Part shown: piece by piece, positions 12,609-24,631 of the stretch
How positions within the stretch are numbered: position 1 is the first letter of the stretch
Layout: the number at the start of each line of letters is the position of its first letter
Source of the DNA: Azolla caroliniana
Taxonomy: Eukaryota; Plantae; Polypodiophyta
NCBI GenBank assembly: GCA_043228905.1
Contig: JBHGNT010000014.1
Coordinates: 17,422,001 to 17,486,000 of the forward strand
DNA: 64,000 nt
Direction of reading: 5' to 3'
Position numbers and translations under genes: made by a program
Notes under the pieces: model-generated
What the model was told of the DNA's origin: nothing
What the model saw: the letters and a program-made list of their open reading frames with translations, nothing else
The model's database searches: none

Positions 12609-15600
12609 TGACGAGAACCCAACGTTCCTTATGTCCAACACTCGGCCACAACCGAGATTCTTTTCATACACAGAAAAACAGGTAATAAAACACGACACAA
12701 AAGGAGAGGAAGATACACAAGAGGTTAACGTGGAAAACCCCAAACTAGGGGAAAAAACCACGGCAGCCCACAGGCTGCAAACTGTCACTATGTATGAATG
12801 TACAAAACAGTGAGTACATGGAGGCAACGACCTCGGACTCACGATCTTCGCCACAGGCGGCGGTTACAACAGAGGCAACGACCTCGTCTCTCTCTCTCTC
12901 TCTCTCTGTACAGTTACGCACTCTCTCTTTTTCTTGCACCAACAAGAAAAATGACAACAACAACTATTAGTTTGCCCTAAGTCATATTTATACTAATATG
13001 ACTTTTCGGCTATTTACAAATATAGCCACGGTGGGCTCTCAGAAACATATTTACGAATATGTCTCTTCCTTCGGTTCATACCGGGTCTGCACCATCCGGC
13101 TCTCCGTAGCCGGGTACTCCTCATTCGGTTCGTACCGGGCCTGCACCATCCGGCTCTCCGTAGCCGGGTACTCCTCATCCGGTTCATACCGGGTTTGCAC
13201 CATCCGGCTCTCCGTAGCCAGGTACTCCTCATCCGGTTCGTACCGGGCCTGCACCATCCGGCTCTCCGTAGCCGGGTACTCCTCGTCCGGTTCATACCGG
13301 GTCTGCATCGGCCGAGTTTGTTCATCGTCACTGATCTTCTTCCTTCCCATCCAAAGGGACCAGTTTCCCAACAAACTCCCCCTTCACTCCGGCATGGGGT
13401 GTCTTACCAGCCCGATCTTCTTCCGGAATGCGTTCAGCTTGTCGGGTGCCAGCACTTTGGTTAGCATATCTGACCCGTTCTCGGCCGTGTGGATCTTCGT
13501 CAGTGCGAACTCCTGGTCATCTACTCTTTCCCGGATCTAGTGATATCCCTTCTTCTGCTGGAATCCCTTCACCACGATCCTGGCTTTGTATCTCGGGGGG
13601 TTGCCGGCATCTCCCGGTTTCAACTTGTACACCCACTTGTTTCGGAGTGCCCGCTTTCCTTTCGGCAACTCCACCAATTCGTATGTATGGTTCTCATGCA
13701 GGGAATCCATCTCGTCCTGCATGGCACTTAACCATTTTCGGCTGTGGGTGTCTTCCTTCACTTCTTCGAAGCTTTCCGGCTCCCCCTCATCGCTCAGCAA
13801 AACACTCTGCATCCGGAAATCTCCGGGGGGCCCTTCTCTCTCAGAGAGGATATCTACGTCTTCGGGCTTCGGTAACCGGCTCCTCCATTTGCTCTTCATC
13901 CGAATCGGATTCGAGGTCTTGGCCGGTTCCGGTCTCAGCTTCCTCTACTTCTTCTTCTGCCGGTTCGGTATCCTCACCGTAACCGGCTGGTTCCTCGAGT
14001 GCTAACCGGTCTCTTGCCGGTTGGGTCTGCTCATCGTAAAGTCTATCCTTACCGGTCGACTCGGAGTTCATTATCTTCTTCTCCGACTCCCAGTCGGCGA
14101 GCGTCTTGTCCTCCATGAAGATAATATCTCGACTCCGGGATACCTTCTTGTCGACCGGGTCCCACACTCGGTAGCCGAACTCATCGTCACCGTAACCGAG
14201 GAATATGCATGGTCGGGTCTTTGGATCTAGCTTTCCTCTCCGATCCTTTGCTACATGCACGTACGCGAGACACCCGAACACCTTCAGATGCCGGTAGGAT
14301 ACTTCCTTACCGGTCCACACTCTCTGTGGCGTGTCTCCATCCAAGGGTACTGAGGGTGATCTATTTATCACGTATGTCGCCGTCGACAGTGCCTCAGCCC
14401 AAAACTTCTTGGGTAGTTTTGCATGCGCTAGCATACTCTGGACCCTCTCCATTATGGTCCGGTTCATCCTCTCGGCCAGTCCGTTTAGTTCCCGCGTCTT
14501 CGGCACGGTAAATTCGAGCCGGATTCCCTTCGAGCGGTAGTACTCCTCGAACTGCCCCCGGTATTCTCCTCCGGTGTCTGCTCGAACCGCCTTCAGCTTC
14601 CGGCCGGTTTCTCTTTCCACTCTCGTGTGGAGCTCTTTGAAGACGGATAACACCTGATCCTTCGTCTTCAGCGGTGTGGCCCACAGCTTCTGGCTGTGGT
14701 CATCTATGAACGTCACGAAGTACTGCGCTCCGGCATGTGACTTTGTGTCTACTTGACACACATCCGTATGCACCAACTCCAGTGGTGCATTACGTCTCAT
14801 CGGTGGCCTTGGTCGGAAGGAGGTCCGGTTCTGCTTACCGGCCAGACAATCAGTGCACTTCTCTAAGTGCACGTTCTTCACTGGAATGAGGTTGTCGTCT
14901 GCAAGCCTCTTCATCCCCTTCTCGCTCATATGACACAGCCTCTTGTGCCACAGCTCACCAGCAGTGTCGGATGCCACGTTTAGTTCTTCCGGACATAACC
15001 GGGCATTCATCAGGTACAGCGTGTTTACATTCCGGGCCCGAGCCACAATCAAGCTCCCTTTGCTGAACTTCATGACACCGTTCCGGATGCTACCCGTGTA
15101 GCCTTCATCATCTAGCCGACCGGCTGATATCAGGTTCACACGAACTTCCGGAACGTGTCGGACATCCTTCAAAAGCAACTTGCATCCGGTTGCTGTTGTT
15201 AGCCACACGTCTCCTATGCCGACAATTCGGCATGTTCCTTCATTCCCCATCCGGACACAGCCGTGGTCACTGGCTGAGTAGGATGCGAAGCATTTCCGGT
15301 CCGGGGTAAGGTGGAACGATGCTCCGGAGTCTACCCCCCAGGTCATCTCGTCGCCGGCAAGGTTTATCTCACTCTCCTCAGTGATGAGCATCAACTCTTC
15401 TTCACTTGCCGCGATTGCCGTCGTTCCCTTCCGGTCCGGCCCCCTCCGGTCTTTACCGTTTCGGTCTTTACCATTCCGGTCCAGGGTTTGCTTCGAATCG
15501 GTACCGTCGGTTTCCTTGTCTTTACGGAAATGCCGACATTTCTTTTGGAAGTGTCCCGGCTTGCCGCAATAGAAGCAAGTAGGCCTCCCCCTTGACTTTG

Positions 15601-16470
15601 ACCGTTTCCCCGACTTCTCCCAGTTCTGGGGACTACGGTTTCTATGTCTTCCGCGTTCCGATTCGGTAAGGAGCGCTTTGGAGTCGGAGCTCATATCTTT
15701 GTCTTTCCGACGCGCCTCCTCATCTAGCAAGCTCGACTTTACTCTTGCTAGGGATAACCGTTTTCCTTCCGGACCGGCGTTGCCCAAAGTGACAACCAAC
15801 GTCTCCCAGCTATCCGGGAGGGAACCGAGCAGGAGTAGCGCTAATACCTCATCGGCAAGAGGTACTTCCAATGACGTTGCCTGGTGTATCATCCCCTGGA
15901 AGGCATTCATATGCTCCGCCATGTTGGAGCCATCTTGGTACCGGAGTCTTACTAGTTTCCGGAATACCGAAACCTGATTAACAGCATTTTTGTTTTGAAA
16001 CATTATGCCGATCTTCTCCCAGAGCTCATGAGCCTTGCTCTCTTCATTGAAGTTGTTGTACAGGCTCATGTCGATGAAGCACCGTATGTACGTTGTTGTC
16101 TTCATGTGCATCACCTCCCATATCGCAGCGTCGATTTTGTCCGGTCTCTTGTCCCCGAACTGAACCGGCAGCCAGAGGTCTTTAACCACGAGCATGTCCC
16201 TCATCTTCGACTTCCACACTGAATAGTTGGAGCCGGTGAGCTTGAACATGCCGCCAAACGATTCATCCATTTTCTGTGTCAATTTTGCTCTGATACCACT
16301 TGACGAGAACCCAACGTTCCTTATGTCCAACACTTGGCCACAACCGAGATTCTTTTCATACACAGAAAAACAGGTAATAAAACACGACACAAAAGGAGAG
16401 GAAGATACACAGGAGGTTAACGTGGAAAACCCCAAACTAGGGGAAAAAACAGTGAGTACATGGAGGCAAC

Positions 16471-16513
<43 letters not shown>

Positions 16514-16976
16514 CAGTTACGCACTCTCTCTTTTTCTTGCACCAACAAGAAAAATGACAACAACAACTATTAGTTTGCCCTAAGTCATATTTATACTAAT
16601 ATGACTTTTCGGCTATTTACAAATATAGCCACGATGGGCTCTCAGAAACATATTTATGAATATGTCTCTTCCTCTGGTTCATACCAGGTCTGCACCATCC
16701 GGCTCTCCGTAGCCGGGTACTCCTCATCCGGTTCGTACCGGGCCTGCACCATCCGGCTCTCCGTAGCCGGGTACTCCTCATCCGGTTCATACCGGGTCTG
16801 CACCATCCGGCTCTCCGTAGCCGGGTACTCCTCATCCGGTTCGTACCGGGCCTGCACCATCCGGCTCTCCGTAGCCGGGTACTCCTCATCCGGTTCATAC
16901 CGGGCCTGCATCGGCCGAGTTTGTTCATCGTCACTGATCTTCTTCCTTCCCATCGAGAGGGACCTGTTTCCCAACA
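12609..16976 (-). mobile_element. Ty1/copia LTR retrotransposon, non-autonomous (RT/RNase H largely deleted)
   Basis: LTRs 12609-13373 and 16301-16976 (TG..CA); 5-bp TSD TCATT (12604-12608, 16977-16981); PBS TGGTATCAGAGC (tRNA-iMet) at 16287-16298; PPT GAAGGGGGAGTT. Confidence 0.96.
13841..16270 (-). CDS. Copia Gag-protease-integrase polyprotein (premature stop before RT)
   Basis: MDESFGG...; zinc knuckle CFYCGKPGHFQKKC, protease DSGA, GAG-pre-integrase WHKRLCH, integrase D-D-E core, KLDPKTRPCIFLGY. Confidence 0.92.
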   Translation of the reverse strand: MDESFGGMFKLTGSNYSVWKSKMRDMLVVKDLWLPVQFGDKRPDKIDAAIWEVMHMKTTTYIRCFIDMSLYNNFNEESKAHELWEKIGIMFQNKNAVNQVSVFRKLVRLRYQDGSNMAEHMNAFQGMIHQATSLEVPLADEVLALLLLGSLPDSWETLVVTLGNAGPEGKRLSLARVKSSLLDEEARRKDKDMSSDSKALLTESERGRHRNRSPQNWEKSGKRSKSRGRPTCFYCGKPGHFQKKCRHFRKDKETDGTDSKQTLDRNGKDRNGKDRRGPDRKGTTAIAASEEELMLITEESEINLAGDEMTWGVDSGASFHLTPDRKCFASYSASDHGCVRMGNEGTCRIVGIGDVWLTTATGCKLLLKDVRHVPEVRVNLISAGRLDDEGYTGSIRNGVMKFSKGSLIVARARNVNTLYLMNARLCPEELNVASDTAGELWHKRLCHMSEKGMKRLADDNLIPVKNVHLEKCTDCLAGKQNRTSFRPRPPMRRNAPLELVHTDVCQVDTKSHAGAQYFVTFIDDHSQKLWATPLKTKDQVLSVFKELHTRVERETGRKLKAVRADTGGEYRGQFEEYYRSKGIRLEFTVPKTRELNGLAERMNRTIMERVQSMLAHAKLPKKFWAEALSTATYVINRSPSVPLDGDTPQRVWTGKEVSYRHLKVFGCLAYVHVAKDRRGKLDPKTRPCIFLGYGDDEFGYRVWDPVDKKVSRSRDIIFMEDKTLADWESEKKIMNSESTGKDRLYDEQTQPARDRLALEEPAGYGEDTEPAEEEVEEAETGTGQDLESDSDEEQMEEPVTEARRRRYPL

Positions 16977-17084
16977 TCATTATCACATTCAAGCAAAAGA
17001 GGAGCATAGGAGCACAAGAGCACTCAACAACCAAAATCGTCGAGTTTTCGCCTCCCCGATCAAGTAAACATCTCTGACATCAAC

Positions 17085-18891
17085 ATGAACAAGGAGAAGA
17101 AAATTGCCAGGTATGTTTTCCAACCCAACATTTTAGATTCCAAAAAGATTCCTTAATGATTCCTTTTGGTTTATTCATTTTTGTCTTCCATAATCGATGT
17201 GTACTGCTTTCAACAAGAACTCGATGCACTACATCGAGTTCCTGTTCTTCAAGATTGTCCCTTTCACCAGGAACTCGATGCATTGCATCGAGTTCAATTC
17301 TCGTTGAAAGAGTACTACTTTTCAACGAGAACTCGATGCACTACATTGAGTTCTCGTTGAAAAATGGGATTTTTATGATCAATTTATCAGATTGGGTCAA
17401 AATTTTCGTTGTTTTTTGATCTATTTCTTCAAGTTTTTTATGTAACATTCTATACAAAAACGTATGATTTTCGCTAATTTTTACCTTAGTTAAGAGGTCT
17501 ATATTGTTTATTATTAACATTATTGTTATATCCTTGTGTTATGACTTGTTGTTTTCAGTGAGCCACAACAGAAGGTGCCGTCCTTCAAGCTCAAAATTCC
17601 ATCACCAACAAAAAGACCTTCTAACACCATGATTAAAGCTGATTCTCACAAAGCATTTATCGAGTAAGGCGGTGACGACACTTCAAAGTCTTTTGTCGGT
17701 AACACGCCGAAGAATTTAGGCAAAAAGAGTGGGGAGCCTCGCCTAAAGAGCTACCCCCATGTGGAGTGGACACTGATCTACGTCAAGGAAGAAGGGGATC
17801 TCCTTCTTATTCTTGCAAAGTCTGAAGGTGAAGGCAAGTTGTAGGTGGGAAAGACATTCACCTACGACTACGTACGGAGCATCGAATATGAAGACAACCA
17901 CTCGTCGAACCACTTCTTCGATGTTGATAGCTCGGTGGGGTTTCACAAAGTCAAGATCGATGAAAGTAATTTCATAACTGACTCCTGCCACCCTAAAGCC
18001 CTAAAAATGGATGTTCAAAGAAAAAACAACTTGATTGTTGCTTTGCGCCCGTACATTAAGGGAGAACTGATGGACACACAAGCAACCCCACCAAAGTCTG
18101 CCAAGAAGTCCAAACCGGAACATAAGAAGTATAAGAAAAGGCATCAACCAGAAGAGGACGAGCTAGAGGTCCTCGAGTTCGTAGAAGATGAGGAAGAAGA
18201 AGCCGAGCTCGAAGTTATTCCTCCAGAGGCCACATCTCATTGGGGATACTCACCTCAAAGTAGAATTGGATCAGAGAAAATATTGTGAAGATGAAGCTTG
18301 TCCGTAAAGAACAATTATTTCACTTACCAACCTACTCTATTCAACAGCCATCCATCGATCCGGAGAGAGAAAGACGGGCTCTAGAAATTAGAGAGCCACA
18401 TTCAGTGCATGTGCAGAACTTAAAAAGCAAAATGAAGATTAATCCACATGCGACTGTAGTGCCATTCTTAGTAATGGTCGAACTAGATCAATGCCCTACT
18501 GTTGCTGACTTCAAGTACAGTTCGGCAGATGATTACACATACTATGTGATTGGAGGATCCCACTCTACTGAAGCCCGACATCAACTAGTCAAGGAGTATC
18601 CTCTTACCCCTTTCTTCAAGTATGTAGAATGTAAAGTGTATGCAGGCCTCACACATGAAGAAGCCAAGTTGTTAGCTTGGGATCATAACAACGATAATGA
18701 CTATAGACAAAAGATGTCGTGTATCGAGCGCATCAGGTTCTTCCATCACGAGTACCTTGATGTGCTGCAAAAATTTGGTACTCGGCTACATCTTGGATTG
18801 CGACAACAATGTGAGCTTGAAGTGGGGATAGCATTTGACGAAAGCGCCATGTCAGAAGGCCTGAGAAAATATGACTCATGGTTTCAACTTG
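17085..18891 (+). pseudogene. Spliced gene with ParB/Srx-like domain (element A second gene, 5' part)
   Basis: Exon 1 ATGAACAAGGAGAAGAAAATTGCCAG|GT (17085-17110), acceptor at 17558; both sites are conserved in copy A'. Motif string REPHSVHVQNLK..PFLVMV..YYVIGGSHSTEAR..VECKVYAGLTHEEAKLLAWDHN. Homology to A' stops at 18891. Confidence 0.72.
17217..17363. repeat. Three tandem hairpin/palindrome units GAACTCGATG-N5-CATCGAGTTC in intron 1
   Basis: Units at 17217-17241, 17271-17295 and an extended 45-bp palindrome at 17319-17363; related motifs at 46921-46980 in A'. Confidence 0.85.
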
Positions 18892-19319
18892 AAAAAACTC
18901 AAATATTTGAACTTCTGTTTCAGACGTAGTGGAACTTGGGGAATAGCACCATCATCTAAGGTCGACTTCAATGTCATCAATTTCCTGTTTAGCCTAAGTT
19001 TGATTTTGAACGTAGATGGAGTACTCAGAGCACGAACGCAGATGTAGCTCCCGCAACAGCAGAAAATCGACATTGCAGATTCAGAGCTACAACACAGAAC
19101 CTGCTCGACCATCGTCCAGGTATGTTTCAGTTACAGAAACCCCAAACATTTGTTTTTTCTTTTTGACTACTGTCTGAACTTTGGTGCCGATTCATATTTC
19201 CCCAAAATCGAATAGGGCGAAGTCCTTGGAGTCCCATACAAGGATGTCTCTCAGATTGGGGAGTAGCAGCAGGTGTGTTTATATTACTTTTTTTTGTGTT
19301 TAATCCTGTCTTTAGTGAT

Positions 19320-19920
19320 GATTGGGGTTTCTGAATGAAATTTCTGATTGAAATTTCTGATTAGGGTTTTTGTTTATAAATTTCTGATTAGAATTTTTTA
19401 TTAGGGTTTCTGATTGAAATTTCTTATTAGGGTTTTTGATTATAAATTTATGATTAGAATTTCTGAATAGGGTTTCTGGTTACAAATTTTGATTACAGAT
19501 TAGAATTTCTTATTAGAATTTTTGAATAGGGTTTTTGTTTATAAATTTCTTATTAGAATTTCTGATTAGGGTTTGTGATTGAAATTTCGGATTAGGGTTT
19601 CTGATTGAAATTTCTTATTAGGGTTTTTGATTATAAATTTCTGATTAGAATTTCTGAATAGGGTTTCTGATTATAGATTTTGATTAGGGTTTCTGATTTC
19701 AAACTTCTGATTACAGATTTTGATTAGGGTTTCTGATTTCAAATTTCTGAATACAAATTATGATTAGGGTTTTTTATTTGCTAAGTTAATGATTTTGCAC
19801 TATTTCTGTTGTTGTTGATTGGGGTTTCTGATTCTGACATATTCTGATTTTGCACTATTTCTGTTGTTGTTGATTGGGGTTTCTGATTCTGACATATTCT
19901 GATTTTGCACTATTTCTGAT
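19320..19920. repeat. Degenerate ATTAGGGTTT(CTGATT...) repeat array (telo-box-like) inside a probable intron
   Basis: More than ten TAGGGTTT motifs alternating with GAAATTTCTGA, between a donor CAG|GTATG (about 19120) and an acceptor TTTCAG|ATG (19939). Confidence 0.8.
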
Positions 19921-19939
19921 TTCTAAAATGATATTTCAG

Positions 19940-21272
19940 ATGGCTCGTTCCTCCATATCCGAGAGTGCTAAACTTCGCAAAATTTTCCGAGACAAAGGAG
20001 GACTTCCACAACACCTATGGTCTGTCACTCGAGGGTGTTGACCCTGCTATCCTAAGTGATAAATTGATCAGTGATGTAGACTGGATGACAGTATATACAG
20101 TGCCTAGAGTCAAAGGCAAGGTCAAGTTGAAGCATGTACGAGCTGACTTGTACGATGATTGCATGAGGCTACACCAGAAAGTTCATCAGGAGATCCCAGT
20201 CAACAATGAGTTGTCAGTTTCATTTGCTAGAGCATTTGCATATGAGTACTACAAAACATCAAAGGAATCTAGAGACCCTGAAATGTATAGGGTAGCTTGG
20301 GTAGTCTATGGTGAGGCATCGGTAAAAAGATGCCGAAAGATGGGGACCTTGGCACAAAAAATAGACAGATTTTGGAGCATGGCAGCTGTTGATGCAACTG
20401 CCGACTCCCAACAAAACCGGGGGCATACACCACACCAACACCCAAGGAAAGCCAATGTCAATGATACAGGTGAGACATTGGTTAGCTATATGCTAAAAAA
20501 TGTCCATGAAGCCTGTGAGACATTGGCATTTTTTAAGACTGATTTAGAGAAAGCCACAATGGCTTCTGCAATGGAGAGCAAAGTTACTTCCGTTGTTACA
20601 ACGATTAGAAATAAGATTCAGGTAACTATTGTTTTGCTGGTATGTGATTGTGTTATAAATAACTTTAAGGGTAAAATGTGCTAATCAAGCATTGTCTGGA
20701 ATAGGTTGCACAACAGGAGCTTGAATTAGAGGGGCCACTGGATCCCCAACGTAAAATACAACTGCAAATAGAGATCTAGGTTCTTTCAATGAACCTGAAC
20801 CTTCTAGGTGTAAATACTGTTGCAGATTACAATTTGGAAATTTAAAGCTTCAAGTAAGTTAACGATTCCTGAGCAAAGTTGGTGTATCTTTCTCAGACAG
20901 GAATAATTAATCGGTAAATTTCTCTGTTGCGTTGAAGGAACAATACATTCATCAAGAACAGGTAGTTAGCTGCCTTAAGAAGCAGCTACATTTTCTGGAG
21001 GGAATGGTAAGGACCAGACAGGATTTGGACCTGAACATTCTTGCTCCCTTACCAAATGAAGGAGAACCAGAAAATGATTTATTGACAGTTCAAGCACGTT
21101 GCATCGCTTGCGGGTTAGGTGTGGAGGACAAAACTGCGTCTTTGTTGGTTCACCTACAACCATGCAACCACACATACCATCTGCTTTGTTTTCAACATGC
21201 CTGTCGAATTGTTGCATTTTGTTTAGGAGATTGCAGTACAACTCTACCAAATGAGTGGAGAAAACTAACAGG
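19940..21272 (+). pseudogene. Spliced gene of element B: unknown domain, coiled coil and RING-like zinc finger
   Basis: ORFs 19965-20684 and 20932-21291; GT-AG sites near 20622/20704 and 20833; CIAC...PCNHTYHLLC...CLGDC has RING spacing. Confidence 0.55.
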
Positions 21273-21284
21273 TATACCATACTG

Positions 21285-22250
21285 TAGCTAATAAGCTTAG
21301 TCTTTTCTAATTAGCTAAGCCGTAAAAAGTATGGAAACTATTTTGCTACTATTGTTGTAGCTAATTAGCTACTACCATAGTTGATTAAAGCAGCTAATAG
21401 CTATCCTATTAGCTAATTAGCTACTATCGTAGTTTACTACAGTAGTTAATTAGCTAAGTGGCAACTAGTTAGCTACTAGCTAATTAGCTATCCTACTGGC
21501 AGCTAATTAGCTACTGGCAGCTAGTTAGCTACTAGCTAATTAGCTATGAGTAGCTAATTAGCTAGTACCATAGTTGTGTAAAGTAGCTAGCTAATTAGCT
21601 ACTGGCAGCTAATTAGCTATCCTACTAGCTAATTAGCTATTGGCAGCTAATGAGCTACTAGCTAATTAGCTATCCTACTAGCTAATTAGCTACTCATAGC
21701 TAATTAGCTAATTAGCTACTCATCGCTAATTAGCTAGTACCATAGTTGTGTAAACTAGCTAATTAGCTACTGGCAACTAATTAGCTATTAGGATAGCTAA
21801 TTAGCTATCCTACTAGCTAATGAGCTACTCATAGCTAATTAGCTAGTACCATAGTTGTGTAAACTAGCTAATTAGCTACTGGCAACTAATTAGCTATCCT
21901 ACTACTGGCAGCTAATTAGCTATCCTAGTAGCTAATAAGCTATCCTAGCTACTACATAGTTGAGAAAGTAGCTAATTAGCTATCATTGTAGCTAATTAGC
22001 TATCCTAGCTATTACCATAGTTGAGAAAAGTAGCTAATTAGCTATCCTAGTAGCTAATTAGCTATCCTAGCTACTACCATAGTTGAGTAAAGTAGCTAAT
22101 TAGCGACCATAGTAGCTAATTAGCTATCCTAGCTACTACCATAGTTGAGTAAAGTACCTAATTAGCTATCGTACTAGCTAATTAGCTATCCTAGCTACTA
22201 CCATAGTTTAGTAAAGTAGCTAATTAGCTATCCTAAATAGCTGCCATGTT
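21285..22250. repeat. Palindromic TAGCTAATTAGCTA satellite-like array (probably intronic)
   Basis: Dozens of AGCTAATTAGCT copies with short spacers, between a GT donor at about 21273 and an AG acceptor at about 22258. Confidence 0.9.
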
Positions 22251-22258
22251 ATTGTAGA

Positions 22259-22793
22259 ATCTTGTGGATTAAGGACAACACATGATGTGTCTGGTGCTGA
22301 TGACGTTGCAACAAATGAGGATACTGCTGCCAACGTGGCTGAAAGTAAGAGTCCTGCTATCACATCTCCTTCAGATCAGCTCCACCCTATTCTCTTGGAA
22401 CAATGTTTTGAATTAGGCAACGATGTGAAATGCCATGAAATAGTGGAAACAACATGTAAAACTGAGGTTCACAACAATAGTGTTTATGAACACTTGATGC
22501 AACATTTCTTCGAATCTCAAGACCTTGATTCCACCCCACCGAGCCCAACTACTGAAAATGTCCAAACAGATCCCTCTGTACTTGAAAAGCTAGCGCAAGA
22601 AACGATCGATGTGCAATTAGCTATTGAGACGATGGGAAGGTTGTCGGAGGAGGACACACTTGTGCATTGGGTGAAAGAAGCAAGGCTAAATGGGCAACCG
22701 ACCAGAAAAAGGCTGAAGAAGGGGCCACGATCGGGAACAAGACCAGTTACTCGGTCAAGGGGCCCATACGTAGTGGAGCGAAATATTGTTTAG
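22259..22793 (+). CDS. Acidic/low-complexity exon of unknown function (element B cargo)
   Basis: 168-aa ORF following the TTATTGTAG acceptor; no recognisable motif. Confidence 0.35.
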
Positions 22794-24631
22794 TTGGATA
22801 TGATTGTTAGCGTAGGGATTTTGCTAGGGTTTTATGAAGTTTTACTATCCTGTTGGACAAGTAAAACCTCAGATTGGTTGTTGCTTGATCCACATTATGT
22901 AATGGAACTCTATGATGTTTTTCCAAGATAATTTGAAGAGTGTTGTTCTATGACTGAAACTCTTTGATGTTCAGGATGTTGTTTTGTGAGACTGTTAGTT
23001 ACTTTGTGAGTGTGAATATGTTGGTGTTTTCTGATGTTGCAGAGTCTAAAGGGTTTGATTCTATTGCTCGTAAGGCCGATGGCAGTGTGGATACTGTTGA
23101 TGGTGCGGTGTGTTTAAAGGGCCCCATCTTGAAAGTAGATGTAGCAACTGACACAAGTGATCTGGTCACACAAGTTGATCAAGCATGTTGCACGGATGAC
23201 TTGATGTTGCAGGTAGATGCAGCATGTTGCACGGATGACTTGATGTTCCAGGTAGATGCAACATGTGATACCAATGGACTAATATCGAGCAGATCAGTAG
23301 CTACATGCACCGAGGTAATCCAAGGATTGATAATTAAGTCGACAAAACAAGAGCACCAGAATGTGAAGCCAGGCCCAACACAGTCGACTAGGGGTTTGAA
23401 GAGGAAACGGACGCCAGTTGTGTCGGCCGAACCTGAGCTGATTGAGATTGATCGTCTCCTACCAGAAAATGGTGTAACAACAGCTCAGTTTCAGGATTGG
23501 AAACCTAAACCACTAGAAGTTGAAAGAAGAGCCTTGATCTTGGAGCTTGATAAAGTCTTGATGAGTGTGAGATATATGCAGCCAAGGAGGGATGCGAATA
23601 AGTTTCTAGAGTGGGTTGTGCAATACTTTGATTTGTTTATTTGGAGTGAAAAACCAAAATCAGATGTGTGGAAGTGTTTAGCGAGATTCTTCCCAAAATG
23701 GTGAAGTCATTTTAAAGGTCAATGGGCACGAGAAAATTGTGAGCAAATGGAAGCTGCAAGATTCAAGAGACTTTCTGATTTTTGGGCTACTTGGCCTAAA
23801 TATAATGCCGACAACACATTGATTTTGGATACAGAACATTTCCGGCACTACTTCAATATTCGGAGATGCTGTCTCATTCTACCCGAGGAAATGCGTTGTC
23901 GGGGTTGCTACGCCCTTGCGTGCAGAAAGGAGGAGGGACCGCGGGGGTCTTGGACCGAAGAGCAAGAGAGAGCGGAATAAGAGAGAGACCCGATTACACA
24001 GAACCGGAGATTGCACAGGGACACGGCCCAACAAACAGAGATCACAAACAAACGCCGACGCAGATGGACGCAACAACGAAAGACATGTACTTATGAATGC
24101 AAGAAACTAACAGACTAAAGTATTACAACCCACGGTGGGGCACGGAATAGATACTAACGAAAACGAACAGGGCGGCGAACAGGTGCCGACCCCTGTATGT
24201 CGCGACGCACAGAAAGGGCAAACAGGTCGGAGGTGCTGCAGGACGCACTCGGGCGATCCACGGAACAGCGCAAGCCTCCTCGAAACCTGCACAGGTACGC
24301 GATGGAGCAGAAGACAGAGAGAGAGCAGGAGCTTCGAATCGGTTCGGCAGCACTTCGTCCTCTCCGCGCGAGATCCCCCTTTTCCTATTCTTCCTCTTCC
24401 TTTTTATATCCCGTCAAGAGGCCGTTTGGCATTAACTGCATACCAACCGAATCTGCCCACCTAGGATCCTTGTATGTACTTCTTGGCGCGCGCGTGTGTA
24501 GAGCCGTTTCCCTCGCCTTGTTCCTCCGATTCCTCTTGTGGGCGGTTTTCTTCACGACATCCGCCCCCACCTAACCGCGCATCCACCGGCATGCGCCAAA
24601 TTAAGTTGGCACGGAGAAAACCGGCCCGTCT

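Larger units (their letters stand above)
243..16090. repeat. Tandem segmental duplication, unit 7924 bp (243-8166, 8167-16090; the end of a further copy at 1-242)
   Basis: All ORFs recur at a +7924 offset. The same junction GCACCGTATGTA|ACTCTATCGG occurs at 242/243 and 8166/8167, and the uninterrupted copia sequence continues only after 16090. Only a few substitutions were seen between copies. Confidence 0.97.

Noticed and set aside
19320-19920. Interstitial telomere
   Set aside because: The motifs are isolated TAGGGTTT units with spacers, not tandem TTTAGGG.
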